Shown: piece by piece, positions 63,051-64,000 of the stretch
Numbering within the stretch: the stretch's first letter is position 1
How the letters are laid out: each line of letters begins with the position of its first letter
Assembly: GCF_006345805.1 (NCBI RefSeq)
Contig: NC_043005.1
Coordinates: 31,062,001-31,126,000, forward strand
Direction of reading: 5' to 3'
DNA: 64,000 nt
From: Octopus sinensis
Taxonomy: Eukaryota
Program-made: the position numbers and the translations under genes
Notes under the pieces: generated by a model
Seen by the model: the letters and a program-made list of their open reading frames with translations, nothing else
The model's database searches: none
What the model was told of the DNA's origin: nothing

Positions 63051-63901
63051 CTATAGTTGTTTACATGAGTGTATGTGTAGGTGTGTTAATATATTAACAG
63101 AAAAAAATTGCTTTCTAATGTAATGTGGAGATTAAGTACAATTTAATCTCACCTGCTAGGTAGCAAAATTTGATAGATGTTTGCAGAAGTGGAACTAATT
63201 AGCAAGAATATCTGCTGCCAATATTGACAACACATCTGTTTTTCTATGAAAATATTATTTCTACTCACTATATGAATAGTGGCCATAATTTGACAGACGA
63301 CTATTTTCTATTGCTTTCTCTCCCCATCTTTCTCGCTCTCTTTCTCTTTCTGTCTTTCATTGGCGCCTTCTTTGTGGGTTCTATTTTGTCTTGATTTTTC
63401 TTTTTTCTATCTTTTCTCCTTCCTTTTTTTTGGTAGCTATATCTACAAATATACAAGCATATATACACACACATGTACACACACGTACACGTATGTATAT
63501 AGATAAACACATGCGCAAACACATGTATGTACACACACACACATACATATATACATATATATAAATAAACACTGTCAATAAGCCAATTATTGCGAAATTT
63601 GTTCTGAGAAATATCTCTTACGGACGTGTTGTGTTAGGAACACTATAATAATCAGAAGGAAATGGAAATTTGTCTCAACAGAGGCCGGTAACAACACCAG
63701 ATTGAAAAGGCACAAGACCGGAAGGCATCTAATACTCTCGCCGATGAGACGGATTTTCGTCTCCTTCTGATAATAATAGTGTTTTTAACATATCATGTCC
63801 AAAAGATATTGTTTCTCAGAACGAACACCGCTGAACCTGGCATATAGACAGTATTTATGCATTAATTATGATAGAGGGTTACTTTAATTTAAATACACAC
63901 A

Positions 63902-63960
<59 letters not shown>

Positions 63961-64000
63961 GGGGAAAGTAGGAAGAAAAATAAGCGAAAATGCACATTGG

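Noticed and set aside
63735-63772. CCGATGA followed by a GAGACG/CGTCTC hairpin
   Set aside because: No GAAA or stem III follows, so it is not a hammerhead.

Overview
AT-rich, intron/intergenic-type animal DNA, most likely a coleoid cephalopod such as Octopus (inferred from the C2H2 zinc-finger style, the SINE families and the very high microsatellite density). It contains three plausible host genes: two convergent tandem C2H2 zinc-finger ORFs (6734-7639 +, 10 fingers; 14437-15576 -, 12 fingers) and an intronless two-PDZ ORF with a C-terminal hydrophobic tail (56119-56916 +). The rest is a mosaic of mobile DNA. Highlights: (1) a near full-length, young Penelope-like element (31146-35112) with about 99%-identical pseudo-LTRs, each carrying a type I hammerhead ribozyme motif; (2) a diverged relative at 151-1705 whose hammerhead shows compensatory base changes; (3) a Neptune-like PLE and a third, non-canonical hammerhead; (4) MITEs with clear TSDs, one nested in its own family; (5) a Helitron inserted in a mariner. 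Also present are fragments of RTE, CR1, Tx1, Hero and R4/Dong LINEs, Gypsy, pogo and hAT, plus many tRNA-derived SINEs. All family assignments come from motif recognition by eye; no database search or folding program was run, and coordinates of degenerate elements are approximate.
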